This document shows, one piece after another, positions 36,501 to 51,500 of a DNA stretch of 64,000 nt. The notes under the pieces were generated by a model. That model saw only the letters and a list, made by a program, of their open reading frames with translations. It was not told the origin of the DNA and did no database searches. Origin of the DNA: Chiloscyllium plagiosum (taxonomy: Eukaryota); the NCBI RefSeq assembly GCF_004010195.1, contig NC_057718.1:6073988-6137987 (forward strand), read 5' to 3'. The first letter of the stretch is position 1. Every line of letters starts with the position of its first letter. The position numbers were made by a program, and so were the translations under genes.

Positions 36501-39500
36501 ACGACGGATGATACGATGTATATGGAGGTTGGTGGGATGGTAGGTGAGGACCAGTGGGGTTCAGTCCTGTTGACGATTGAAGGGGCGGGGCTCAAGGGTG
36601 GAGGAGCGGGAAGTGGAGGAGATGCGGTGGAGAGCATCGTCGATCAAGTCTTGGGGGAAATTGCGGTCTTTCAAGAAGTCTGCTTTGAAGAGCCTTGCTC
36701 CTCTTCTACTGATTGGCCCCAAGTTCTAAATTGTCAGGTATTTCAAAGGAGAAAGGTGTGGAAAGCTAGATTTAGGCAATGCAGATTGCACAAGTAAGCT
36801 TTTGTGATATTGGCTCCAACTGAAGACCCTGCCAATCAACAGCAGAGTTCATGTTAGCTCAATGTCGAAATTATTCAAATCAGCTGATGGCACAAAGTTG
36901 GCATACTGCCTTCACTCCAGTGAACAAAAGCAGCTATCTAATTTAATTTCCTGTGAACTTCCAGTACATGATTTGAGTGTTGACCCTATGCAACTTCAAT
37001 AACTCAGCAGGTCTGGCAGTGTCTGTGGAGAGCGAAACAGAGTTACTGTTTCGAGTGTGGTATGACCCATTTTCTGAAAGGTTTTCTGTTTCTCTTCCCA
37101 CAGATGCTGTGAGGCTGGTTGCGTTTCTCCAGCCATTTCTGTGTTTGTTTCAGATTTCCAGCAGTATTTTGCTATTACTTGCAATATCGCCTACATTACA
37201 ATCGTGATACTTCAAAAGTATTTCCTTGACTCTAAAGCTCTCTACAATCTCCTGAGGTTGTAAAGGACTTGGTATATATAAATACAAGTTTGAGCTTCTA
37301 ACATGAGGTAGGATCGCTGTTGGTGTTGGGTCATTGAATTTCCACTAGAGTAGGTCAGATGAAATGCAGACTTCGGGTGGTAAAAAAAAACAAAAAAGTC
37401 CAACTATAAAAAAAATGAGTGAAAGGAAAAACGACACAAAAACAATGTTACACTTCATGATAGTTTGTAAAGCAAAGAATAAAGATTGGCTACATATTTC
37501 ACGGGAGAGGTCCAACAGGAAACTGAGAAGACTTGTGTTGAGTCATTAACTCCACAATAAAGGATGGTCCTGATCTTAATTAAGGTAGCAACTGATGTGT
37601 TCCAATTGGCCTCAGTAACTCTGGACAAGGCATGGCATTTCAAACTGAGCTGTACTTGCCCGCTTCCTTATTTGTACTGGATTTTATACAGGACGCAGTG
37701 AGGGTGGGATATGGTGTTTCTGTGCTCCATGCTGTGTTGCCTATGCACAGGCCAGAAGAATTAGTTAGAGACAAACAAACTGCAGATGCTGGAATCCAAA
37801 ATAGACAAGCAGGAGGCTGGGAGAACACAGAAAGCCAGTTAGCATCAGGTGGATAAGTCATCATTTTGGATGTAACCATTCTTCGGGACTCAGGTTATAC
37901 CCAAACGTTGACTTTTCTAACTCCTAATGTTGCCTGGCTTGCTGTGTTCTTCCAGCCTCCTGCCTGTCAACCCAGGTTAGAAGAATGTCAATCTCCGACA
38001 TGTCATGATGGGTCTGCCAGGGCATATGAAGCCTCCCCTGGTGAGAGTCAACACCTTCAAAAAGAAGTGGAATAAAAATCAGAAGAATTGCAGACAGAAA
38101 TTTGTGAGGCATCCCACATGATGTGTCCAGAGGCTACATTCCAGCACATTTTGTCTCCTCAATGATTCATGGCAACATAATGACCTAATCACAAGAATAT
38201 AAACAGGCTGCACTGAGGGGGAATTAAAAAGTCATCAGCAGAATAAAAGATAAATAAACACTGACCTTGTGAAAATTTCCATAGAAGAGTTTCTTCATAT
38301 CTTCATTGTCAAACGTGATTGTTTGAGACTCTCCTCTTTCATCCTTGTTAAAGTATGACAGTGTTTTGCTGTTGCCTATGGTTTGGGGAATACCATTAAT
38401 AAGTGTTACTTTATTTTATACATTTAAAAAAACATTTTTACTGAATTTATCCATTTTCCAAACTACACAGGGAGATTGTTCAGAATTTTGCAAGGTGGGA
38501 AACACCAGGAGATAGGCATTTGGAAATAAAAAATTAACAAAAGACCAGACAGACTCTGTGTGCAAAGAGTATTTAATTATCGGAATACAATTCATGGAAG
38601 ACCTGGGACAGTACAATTGAGATTTGGAGAGAAAAGGAAATTAGTGGGCTGTTTTCTTCAGAATTTGGAAGGTTAGAAAGGTAGAGATAAACTAGGGGGC
38701 ATAGTCTGAGAATTAGGGTCAGACCATTCAGGAGAGATGTTCAGAACATTTCCACACACACACACAGGGTGAGAGGGGTTTGCAACTCTCATTGACTAAT
38801 GGCAGTGGATGCTGGATCAGTTGTTAACTTTAAATCTGAGAGAGAGATGAATTATCAACAACAACAAAAACAGAAATTGCTGGAAAAACTCAGCAGGTCT
38901 GACAGCATTTATGGAGAGAATTCACAGTTAATATTTCAGGTCCAGTGATCCTTCCTTGGAACTTTTTTTTTAAATGGATAAATTATTGTTGAGCAAAGGT
39001 ATTAAGGGTTATAGATCAAAGGCAAGTATATGGAGTTAGACCACAGATCTGCCATGATCTCACTGAATGGTGCAGTAGGCTCAAGGGGCTGAATGGCCTC
39101 CTCCTGTTCCAATATTCCTCCCTTCCTAAGGATGTGGCTGGGTGGAGTACTGACTAATGTTTTGTAAGGTAAGCAGATCAAGGGATTACCAATGAAGGTT
39201 AAGATCCAGGTAAAGCATGATTTAATTGAATGACGGAGCAGGCTTGAGGAGCTGAATCATTTATTCCTGGCCCTGTATTTCTAATAAGTTCTGAACCTTT
39301 TGGACTATATAGGTCTCTTTGGGTAGAAGCTCCCTTAAAGTTCTTAGATTTCATACCATTATTCTGTCAGGTCTGGGTGAATGCAGCATTGAAATAATTT
39401 TTAAGAAGGATGGGAACTTTTAAATCGCATTACAGAATTTGGTTAATTTAAATTCAATTTGGGAAACTACTGAACATTATATGAACCCAAGTGCTCCACT

Positions 39501-42500
39501 CAAATTCCTCAGGGAAAGTTAATCTGCTGCCCTGGCCTAGTCTGTTCTACACATTACTCCAGTCCCAAACTATGCATGTCTTCATTTATCCAAGGCAAGT
39601 AAAGATGGCCAATAAAAATTGCTAGTATTGCCCACAACATAAGAGTAAATAAACACAGGATGCCGATAGACCTATTGCACATGTTCAGCATTCAAGTTCA
39701 GCAATTTCTGTACTTCATGTCTTGAAATATGTAGATGGATTCAATGTGTCTGCCAACTGAAACGGAAATCAAAGCAGACTTCAGGAACGACAGAAAGATC
39801 CAATATCTCACTAGTGACCTACAGCTCTAATATCCATTTTTCAAATTCACTCACAGGATGTGGATGTCACTGTCGAGAGTCATATGTACGCAAGATCAGG
39901 TAAGGATAGTAGATTTGCTCTCTAAAAGACATTAGTGAACCACATGGGCTTTTCCAGCAATTAGGCAATTGTTTTATTGTCATCATGAGACTCTTAATTC
40001 TGGTACAGGTCATTCTGCTATAATGTGAGAGTCATTTTCTTCTGTGACCTTGTGCTATAGAAAGTCTTGCTAGGGAAAACATCTGCAGAAAATCATGCTG
40101 TAGAAGATCACTATACCCATTCAGTAGGAAGTTCATGTTATCGAAACAATGTCCAAAATTCACCAATTGTATTATACTCAATTTGCATTGACAAAATCCA
40201 CATTACATCAGGACAACCTGTATATAGTACAATCAAATTCCACCATTTGCTTTGGCAGGATTTGAACCCAGGTCCCCAAAGCATTAGCTGGGCTCTGGAT
40301 TAATGAGCTAACAATAATATCACTAGGCCATCTCCTCCTCAATTACAAAACAGCTACTTGCTCAAGCATTAGAAACCACAGCTCACCATCTAGAAGCACT
40401 CCGACTTCTGGTTTATAATCTTGGTCTGTGATCTGCCAAATGGCAAAAGGCTCAGAGGTAGTGGTTGGAAGAAGTCGGAAGAGTATCATGATGGTATAGG
40501 TTGGCGGCAGACCATCAGGGTGAATGTCTCTGTTTGGTAAGATAAATAAACAAAAAGATGATGCGATATAAAAGTAGGAACTGCATTGTTATAGCACCTT
40601 AACACAATATTTAGAAATGTTCAAATGTCTACTTTCAGTCACCATAACTGCTGCTGGAAACGGAGAATGAATTTAATTATTCCAAAGATCTGGCCTCTGT
40701 TGGGCTTGATTAATCATTTCTGAGGAAGTTGCAGAAAAAGTTTCAATTGAGAAGTAAGCCTTCATTTGGCAACAGGGCTATGAGGGGAAAGGTAAGGTGA
40801 GACATGGGAGATATTGGTAAAACATTGAATGGGGAAAGTGAATATGGACGCAACAGCCTCTGTTTCTCTTAGTTACACAATGTAAGCCATTGAGATTTGT
40901 GAAGAAATGGTATTTTTGAGCAAAATACTTTCCTTCACAATTTCAAAAATTGTTGAAAATAGCAAATGTGACATACTTCCATGTCTCGTCCATGAATTTA
41001 TTCATCCAAATTCAGAAAGTGGGGAAGATAGCACCAGTAAGCAAGTCAAGGAAAGCTCTAGCTAAACAGCACTGTAATACACATTGTCAGTCTTAGGAGA
41101 AACTTTGTCAATTCTTTTTCAATATTGGGGTGCATCCTTTGTTTACATGAAGCCACAGGGTAAGCATAGCTGAGAGTCAGAATAAGGCCATTTGGCCCAT
41201 CAAGTTCCCTTTCTTCACAAGCCTCACTTCGCTGTTCACTCCTTACATCTTTTGATATCGTTTGTTTTTCAAGAAAATAAAACTGTTTTGTAGATATCGC
41301 CTCAAATGAGAGGTTTGATGCAGCAAATTCAATCGTCTTAGCAACTGGCTGTAACTATGAGATGGATCAGTTTTTGTTAAGTAGAGGGATTAAGGGAAGT
41401 TAGGCTACAGATCAGAGGTGATCTCATTGAATGGCAGGACAGGCTTGAGGGGCTGAATGGCCGACTCCTATTCCAATGTTCTTCAGCTCCCAATGGATAT
41501 TTAAAACTGTGAACAGAAAATATATAACCTCAGTATATCATCTACTCTGAAGAACAGGACTGTCATAATGCAGCATTGCACGACAATATGTATTGCTGAT
41601 ACATATTATGTGCTTAAGACAATGGAATGGAGTTACAGCCTCCAGCTTCTTACTGTCGAGAATGCAATCAATCCAGTCAAGCTCCAAATGTCAGCATTAC
41701 AGTATCGTCAATACAGGATACTGTAATTCTTGTAACAAATCTCTTGACGGGCATCTTAACAAATGCCCTCTGAGAATAAGGGGTAGTAGATTTAAAACAG
41801 AGATGAGGAGGAATTACTTCGCTCAACGGGTCATGAATGGGTGGAATTTTCTACCCCAGACTGCGTTGGATACTGAGACATTGAGTAAATTGAATGAGGA
41901 GATAGACAGGTTGTAATTAGTAATGGATTAAAATGTTATGGAAAACCGGTGAGTGAGTGGAGTTGAGACCTAGGTTTGATCAGCCAGATTGGTATAGAAG
42001 CATGCTCAAATGGCTGAATGACCTACTCCAGCTCCTGCTCCTAGCTCTTATCTTCTATGCTAATTGGCATTACAGAGACCTTATATAACCATTCAACCTT
42101 GAACTCCTCAGATTAACTTCTGTGTACCCATTAGAGGTAATGGAGTCATGGAGGTATACAGCATGGAAATAGCTCTTCAGCCCAACTCATCTATGCTGAC
42201 CAGGGATCCTCAACTGAACCAGTCTCATATCCATTTAAATGTTTCCTATCCATGTACCTGTCCAAATGACTTCTAAATGTTGTGATTGCACTGGACCTTA
42301 CCATTTCTTCTGGCAGCTCGTTCCATTTACCAACCAGCCTCTGTGTGAAAAGGTTGTCCCTCAGACCCCTTTTAAACTTTTCTCCTCTCACCTTTAATCT
42401 ATACCCTCTAGTTTTGGACTCCCCTACTCCTACCCTCCTTTGGCTATTCACCTCATGATTTTATAAACTTCTTTAAGGTCACCTCTCAGCTTCCGGCGCT

Positions 42501-45500
42501 CCAAGGAAAATAGCTCCAGCCTATTCAGCCTCTCCCTCTAGTTCAAACCCTGCAACCTTGGCAATATCCCTGTAAACCTTTTCTGAACTTTTTCAAGTTT
42601 AACAAAATCTTTCCTACAGCAGGAAACCAGAACTGAACGCAGTATTCCAAAAGTCATTCTGTTACTGAGTCCATTCAACTGCTTTAGTCAATAATTATTC
42701 CTAGAAAACCCAAATTCACAAGTTGTGGGATTTAATGAACTCAAATATAAAACTATTGTGACAATGTCAAGAGACAGTAAAAGATTATGCAAGAATGAGC
42801 AATTTAAAGGAGAAATGAGATGGGTTGCAGATACTGTGTAAATAAATACAGAAAATGAACAGTTTCACTGAAGATTGAAGATCCTTCCTAGTATTTTTAG
42901 AGAGAAAAACTGCGGAATAAAAGATTAGGGGAGGGTGACAGAGAGAGTCAGTGTGTAAAGTAGAGGGGTCTTATACACACATGACCTTTTACAGTATGAC
43001 AGAATTGGCTAAATATGAAATGCGATGAGCAATTGTTTCTTAGCATGGTTGGTTAACCACTTGCCGATCATTTCAAGCCTTTTATTTAGCATAGTTGTGG
43101 ATTTGGCTTTCCTTGAGCAAATCCCATGCACATTAATTAGTCATGATATTTCACTAGGTTTGAGGTATAACGTGCCCACATCCATGTTCATCTTTGGTGC
43201 AGATTCATTCCGTACAATCACACATTGTCCTTTCACTTCCAAACATTTTGCCAAGATTTATGAGAACTTCCCTTCTCTGTAACAATAACAGCATTCCAAG
43301 AAATGGGCTTGGGTAAGAGACTCAAAGAACACAGAGGGAGTCCATATAGAGTGTCAGCGGCTGGGCCAGTTCTTTCAAAGAGCTCTCCTTTTCTTTCCCA
43401 ACTGCTTTGTAAATGTTTCCTTTTTTCATCTTTTATAACGGTGGCACAGTGGTTAGCGCTGCTGCCTCACAGCGCCAGAGACCCGGGTTCAATTCCCGAC
43501 TCAGGCGACTGACTGTGTGGAGTTTGCACATTCTCCCCGTGTCTGCGTGGGTTTCCTCCGGGTGCTCCGGTTTCCTCCCACAGTCNNNNNNNNNNNNNNN
43601 NNNNNNNNNNNNNNNNNNNNNNNNNNNNNNNNNNGTGGACTTGTTGGGCCGAAGGGCCTGTTTCCACACTGTAAGTAATCTAATCAAATCTAATCTAAAC
43701 TATTAAATCTGCTTCCACTGTCCTTTCAGGTGATGTTTTCCAGATCATGTAAATTGTCATCTTGTGAAAGCTCTGGTTCTTATTACCTTAAGTTGTAGAA
43801 ATGTTCTGTCGAAGTGCTGTGACCTGTTGTTTTGAAGGGAACTACAAGGCTAGATTTAGTGGAGACAATCAGAGCTGGTATGATGACAAGAAGGGGCGGG
43901 GTGTCAAGACAGTCAGTTGTGAGTATGTCCATCGGATTCCCAACATTGGGAAAACTGTCCCAAACTAAATTGGGACTGGAAAGAGCCTGATGTGGGAATC
44001 CTGCATGCCTGGCTGATAGGCACAATCTGCCTAATGACGAAAACCAGCATCGGGAAGATGCAAGTGGACACTGCTGGCAGCTATCCCTGTGCAAACGTCT
44101 GGCATTGCTGCATTGTACCCCCCTCTCTGGCTACCTGCACCTCTATGACTCCCCCCTCCCCATCCTCTCGCACCTGTGAAACGGAAGCTGGCATACACGT
44201 ACCAGAAGGTTTAGGGACAGCTTTTTCCTCGTTATTATTAGACTGTTGAATGGACCCTCTAACCTCAAATAATGCTGGTCTTGCAAACATTGATCTCTCA
44301 TGTACACCCTTTGCAAAGTTATCTGTGTGCCTCCTTTTATTCTGTACATCCTCGCTTACTATGATCTACCCGTACTGCTCGTAAACAAAGCTTTTCATTG
44401 TACTTCGGTACACACAATAAATAAATCAATGAATCGATCAATCCTGGGATTGGGCCACGGTGCATTACTAGCAGCAGCCACTGCTCCCTGTGGCGCCACT
44501 GAGACTAGAGAGCTGTCACCCTTCAGAAGTGACATGGAGTTCTCACCAGCTCTCCAACGTTTAGTTGGGGACTCACATTGCTGGAACAAAATTGTTTATA
44601 AATATTTGTCTGGTAGTCTGACAAATCAGCCTTGCTTCTCATGTTGGAGAAAGTGAGGACTGCAGATGCTGGAGATCAGAGCTTAAAAATGTGTTGCTGG
44701 AAAAGCGCAGAAGGTCAGGCAGCATCAAAGGAACAGGAGAAGAAGGCTTATGCCCGAAACATCGATTCTCCTGTTCCTTTGATGCTGCCTGACCTGCTGC
44801 GCTTTTCCAGCAACACGTTTTTAATCTCTTGCTTCTCATGTTGTAGAACCTGTTACTTTCTTTTGAAAGTTGGTTTTCTTGTTCATGTGATCAGCACAAC
44901 ACAAAAATCTGCAACTTCATGTCTTTTGTCAGCAATGTCTAACTAACTTAGCACGAGAGGTTCTCAGTTTAAAGTCTCACCTGAGAAATGGCTCTAGCAG
45001 TGTTGCACTCCCTTGTTACTGCACTAAATTGAGATGATATGCTGAAGGGTCTGACATGGAGTTTGAATTCACAGCTTTCTGTCTGAGACAAGAATGCTAC
45101 CTGTTGATTTCAGCTGTGAGAGAACAAGACCTGGTGAGTGGTGGCACCTGGACTTACATGGTAGGTTGAAGGAGGTGTGCATCCTTATGAAGGCTATAAG
45201 CTGTGTAGCCATTGAAAGACCCTGGTCCCGTAGAAACACCTGGGACTGATGCAGCATCCTTCTCCGTCAGATTAAATGACTCCAGCATTCTGTAACCTTC
45301 AGAACAGGGAAACATACGGAAACCTGTTAGTCACTGTCATTGTATTTGGATGGTGTAAAAGAACCACTCAATTCACATTCTACGAATAACTCGATGACCT
45401 GATGATTCAACAAGATTCTGATTAGTTACTCCCGGATAGGGACTGACATCTCAGCCTTTCCTTGTAATTGCTTCTGCTGCTCTTTATAAATTTAACAGAA

Positions 45501-48500
45501 TTCTGTTGAAACTCAACCAGGCCCTCGCCATCTCCTCCTTGGATGGCCCCATGACTTCCCATTTTATATCTAAAGTAATCGCAAGTAACTTTATGAATGA
45601 ATACTTCCTAAGACATCAGTGAAGAGGCCAAAAAAGAAAGTAACAAAGAGATGACAGAAACTAGATCATGAAAGAGGTGGAAATTGAATAAAGAGAGAAT
45701 TAAGAGAGAGACAGAGAAAGGTAAAGAGGAGACAGAGTGTTCAGAAATGGAGAGATTAGATTAGATTAGATTACATTACAGCATGGAAACAGGCCCTTCG
45801 GCCCAACAAGTCCACACCGACCCGCCGAAGCGCAACCCACCCATACCCCTACATTTACCCCTTACCTAACACTATGGGCAATTTAACATGGCCAATTCAC
45901 CTGACCTGCACATCTTTGGACTGTGGGAGGAAACCGGGGCACCCGGAGGAAACCCACGCAGACACGGGGAGAACGTGCAAACTCCACACAGTCAGTCGCC
46001 TGAGGCGGGAAATGAGTGATGGAGCAGAGCAGTGGAAAGGGAAGAGATTGGCGAGATGTTAAGAGAGGTGAGGGGTGAAACAGTTAAAAGATGCGAGAGG
46101 AAAAGACAAACACAAGTAAGGAGAGAGAGTTTAGAAAGAAGAGCAGAGAGATGATGGAAAGAGCTAATTTATTGTGCATGTGCAGTGTAAAAAACAGCTT
46201 GTAATGTTAGGTCATAATTTTTAAACTATAAACCAACAATTTATCCAAATACTATAAATCACAATGAACATTCCATTGCAGTACTAGTACATTACTCCTA
46301 ACTTCAACCAAATTCTTTGGAGTGAGATAATGACAGATTCAGAAAGGGAACAGTTGTGACCGCAATGTGTCCCCTACCTGGAGTAGTGAATCCATTGAGA
46401 TAAATCAGTGGACAAGCTGTAACATGAGAGAAAAGAAATATTAACATACATTCTTTCAAAAGAATACATGGACTAACCATACCAACACATCACCAGATAA
46501 ACACTGCCGTGTATTCAGCACATGAAGACAAGGGGAACCTTGAAATGATGGGATTGATTTTCTGCAAGGATTCTCTTTCAGTCATTAGTAACAACTTTGA
46601 TGGTACATACATAGAACCCCTACAGTGTGGCAACAGGTCATCAAGTCCACACCAACCCCCTTAGGAACATCCCAACCTCCTGGCCTATCCCTGTAACCCT
46701 GCATTTCCACCTAACCTGCACATCTTTGGATGGTGGGAGGAAACCAGAGCACTCAAAGAAAACCCACACAGACACAAGGGGGAGAATGTGCACACAGAGA
46801 ATTAAACCATTGTGCTATGAAACAGCAGTGCTAACCATTAAACCACTATAGCACTGTCTGACAATGAACCACTTTTCTGGAATTTCTCGGAGTGATTGAG
46901 GATCCATGGTGAGAAGTGTTATTGAGCTTCCCCCCTCCTAATCCCTTAAATGGAGAGGGGTCTCAACAGAAATAATGGGGTGTGTGTGTGTGTGGTATTC
47001 AATGCTGTTCTGATTGCAACTCCAAGGGCACATCAAATTGGCTTCAGCTAAGACATCACCCATCGCCAAACCATTTGCCAACAGTCAATAATGGCCACTT
47101 AAGGACAAGGCGGTAAAATGAAAGTAACCAAAAATGTTGGCTATTACAAACTACCAAGAAACAACCATCAAAAATGATGAGAATGCTGGTGGTTACCAAT
47201 AATCTTTTCATTCTAAAGCACAACTAGCTGCAAGTCTATGATTACAGCAACAAGAAAGCACTGTCATTTTTCATTGAAGAACAGATACTTAAAAAAAGCT
47301 TCCAGAAACAGTACAAGAAATGTCTTGAAGCCTTCTTTCCAATTACAGAGTCAATGCAAAATTGTCTTAAGACTTTCTCTCTAGTCACAGATGAATCCAG
47401 TTATCAAGCCAGGAGGCCTGACTGAAACAAAGCAAGAAATGCATTTCGCATTAGGCTTATAGGCAATGACATGCTGCTTACACAACTGAGCTGGCTAACA
47501 GCAAACATTGTGTTCCTTTCCACTGTTTGCCATTGATGATTCTCATTCTGGCATTAATCCAACTGCAGGAATGGTCCCACTGGTGCTAACAGCCCTTTGT
47601 TACATCTGTCAATTGCCTATATTAATTGGTGGACCATTGTAATGCAGTTATTCTAGGAATTCCTATGTATGCTTCTATCTAGTTTCCATGGAATGCTAAT
47701 GAATACCATAGCTGTTACATTGACAGTGAGAGGGAGAGGAAGGCAATCATTGTAATGGATGGAAATACTCACTAGAAGTAGCCGTTTCACAAAGGAAGGT
47801 GATAAGCTCATCCTGAATCTTTGCAAAAGCATCAAAGTCGTCCACGATGAACAGGTGCCTTTCGCTGGGTTTGCTGCCAATGTTCTTCAGCTCTGTGACA
47901 TCAATATCAGCCACCCCCACAACAAACACACTGTAACCTGCAAGGAAGGAAAAATCAACAATTCTTCAGTTTCAGAGATTGCCAGGAACTGTGGTTGGAC
48001 TGTCATTAAGAATGCCAAAACTGCTAGGCGGTAAACAAAAAGAACATTGATTCATCAAGTCCTCCATCTTATTTCCTGGGAGTTACAAGTTACTCAATAA
48101 GAGTAGTGGCAGAGAGCAACCTTTGTCACTTTTCTAATCAAACCACCACCAGATGTGTCTCTCCACTGATATTTGGATCAATGGCCATTTTACTTTATTT
48201 TGGAGTTGCTTAGCTCAGTTGGCTGGATGGCTAGTGTGCAATGCAGAGTAAAGTCAACAAAGTGGGTTCAATTCCTAGACCAGCTGACGTTACCATGACG
48301 GTTCCACCTTCTGAATCTCTCCCCTTGCCTGAGGTGTGGTGACCCTCAGGTTACTAATCATTCAGTAAAAAATGTTTTGGTTCTTTTTATATCCTCACTG
48401 CATGGAACTCTCAGTTTTAAAATAACGCTTTAGGTGCAGAAGCTAAATGATTTACTGCATCACTTCTGGAAACATTCACTTCAGAACAATTAAATGGACA

Positions 48501-51500
48501 CTGTGATATGGAAACAAGTAGAAAGTGAGGATTGCAGATGCTGGAGCATCAAAGTCGAAGAGTGTGGTGCTGGAAAAAGCACAGCAGGTCAGGCAGCGTC
48601 CGAGGAGCAGGAGATTCGATGTTTCAGGCAATAGCCCTTCATCAGGGATGAAGAGCTTATGCTCGAAACATCGACTCTCCTGTTCCTCAGATGCTGCCTT
48701 ATCTGCTGTGCTTTTTCCAGCACCACACTTTTTGACTATGATATGGAAGAAAAGGCAAGTGCTGTATAAGTGTGTAACGGTTAATTCTGTGGAGTGATTT
48801 AAGGATCACCGACTATGATGATACCAAGTGAATTTGGTAGGAGAATGGGTTAAGACTTTGAAAAAGTGAGAACTAACATCTTCTTATAGTCTCTGTCACA
48901 ATATCTATCATATTAATGTTTCTTGTGCATAATTGCTGTCATGCAATACCTATATCTTCTTTATGTGGGATGACCAGGTGAATTTCCTGGACCACAATGG
49001 ACCAAACAGCTCCAGTAGATCCATCCCTTGCAAAAAAAGAGCTTGGTGGCTGTAAATCCATCCTCTAGCTCATACAACATGAGGAGCTACAGTGAGGATT
49101 CATCGTACAACAGAAAGTACCTCCCAATTAAACTGAATGATTCAGATTAAGCAAAAGACTGAGGACTGGACTAATGACACAATAGAATAACCAATGCTGT
49201 GTCTTAGTGCTCAGATAAGATCAATGACTGGTACAGCCATCTTTCAGGACACTTACCAGCTTCTTGTAATAAAAGTGCAGGTTTCTTAACCTCATCCTGT
49301 GAACGTCCATCAGTGACAACAACGAGAACTTTCGGTACAGTCCTTCTCATGCCATTTTGAGAAACAAAGACATGGTCGCGTAGAAACTTGAGAGCTCGCC
49401 CTGGAACAGAAAAGTGAAGATCGATTTAAATCAGCTGTACATTATCTTTCTGCCTCATTTTTTGCATTTGCGAATGTGACAGACTGGACTGTTAACAACC
49501 AGAAATCATTCTGTACTTAACACCATTTAGCTTCAAGCAAAACCAAGTTCAGACATTGCTGAGTCAGATCCCATTGCCCAGGAAAGCTAGTAGGTTACAG
49601 GCAAAGTACATTCTGCTCTTAATTATGAAAGCAAACAGGAAGAGATTTAACGCTGAGATTTCTTTCCTTCACTTCAAGTTGCAAGATTGAGACTGAGGCA
49701 AACTCATGCTAAGAACCATAGTATTTGCCAGTGGAGGGATTTTTCTCCAGTGTCAATTGTTAATATTTTTGCCTTGGAGTCAGAAAGTCATGGGCTTCAA
49801 CCCTTACTTTAGTGATGTGGATGCAAAAGTCCAGGCTGACACACCCAGCTGAGGAAGTGCTGCACCTCCAGAGGAGCTGGCTACATTGAAACATAAATTG
49901 AATCACCATTTGCCCACTCAGGTGGCCATAAGTGTGCCCATGACACTATTTGGTTTGGAGATCGGGCAGGGTAGAGTCCCTTAGTCAATCCCTAACAGAT
50001 GATCTAGTTTATTTTTAAGTGCAACTTCCAGCCCAAGTATTTTAATAATCAGACTTAATGTAATCTGAGTGAGTTGTCAAAAAGGTTCCCACAGCCCTCT
50101 CAAGGGATATCATTAATCACGATTAACAACAAGTGTTTCATCAAATTTATAATTGCCTGTCTTTTTGCTGAGAGAGCAACACCAGGGGTGAAATTCAGAC
50201 CGGCATGGGAATTAAGCAATGACTTTGAGGTGATGAGTTGCATCTTGCTGCTGTTACTCACTCATTTACCACATGTATCCTATTAATAATGGAGTGGTTT
50301 GTTTTGTATAAATCATTGCTGTGTCATACTTTATAACTGTCATCTGAAAAGCTTACCCTATTCATGTCAACATAAAAAATCATGTTATTAAGAATTAGGA
50401 GACAAAAGCTTAACATCTGCGTAGGATATTACTTTGTATATATTTAAATGAATGGAATATTAATCAATGCAAATTAGTCCAAAACAGATCATATTGCCTT
50501 AATATTCTATATTACCTTTATGCTCTGTACAAGTCTCCCCTCACCCTCTCCTCTTCTCCTGCATGTGTTTAACTTGCCTAATGCTGATATGTTATTGACC
50601 ATAATTATTCCCTCTGTTTATTTTAGTACATTCATGTGGATGTGGGTGTTACTGGCCGACTCAGCATTTATTGCTCATCCTTGGTGCTAAGTTGCCTTCT
50701 TGAACCTCAGCAGTCGATCTGCTGTAGCTGGACCCACAATACCATTAGGGAGGGAATTTCAAGATCTTGACCTGGCAACAGTGAAGGAATTCTTTACCAC
50801 ATAAGGCTATTGAGGGTGGGTCATGAAGTATGTCCATGAAATAAACGTGAAATAAGGGAATCAAGGGTTATAGGGAAAAGGCAGGAATGCAAGATTGAGC
50901 AACAGCAATATTTTTCTAAGTCAGGATGGTGAGTATCTTGGACCTTTAGAGGATGGTGTTCCCATGTATCTGCTGCCCTTGTTCTTCTAGATGGAAGTGG
51001 TCATGGGTTTAGAAGATGCTCTCTCAGAAGACTTGGTGAATTTCTGCAGTGCATTTTGTAGATAGCACACACTGCTGTTACTGAGTGTCAGCGGTGGAGG
51101 GAGTGGATTTTTATGGCTGTGGTGCCAATCAAGCAGGCTGCTTTGTCCTGGGTGGCATTCAGAAGAAAAGTAGAGATGTTTTTCTAAATGTATGCAAGGC
51201 ATTATACATGCTGTAGTTGGAATACCGTGAAGCTTTTTGGGGTCTTATCTAAGGAAAGATAAACTGGCATTGGAGGCAGTCCAGAGAAAGCTCACTATGC
51301 TGTTAACAGGTATGAGGGATTACTTTATGAGAACTTACTCTTGTAGCCATTGTATTTAACTGGAGAATCCAGTTCAGTTCCTGATCAATTGTGATCCCCA
51401 GAATATTGATAGTTAGTGGGGAATTTGATAATGGTAATGCGATAAAACATCAAGGGCTAATAGTTAGATATGATAGTGGAAAAGCCATTGACGAAGCAAT

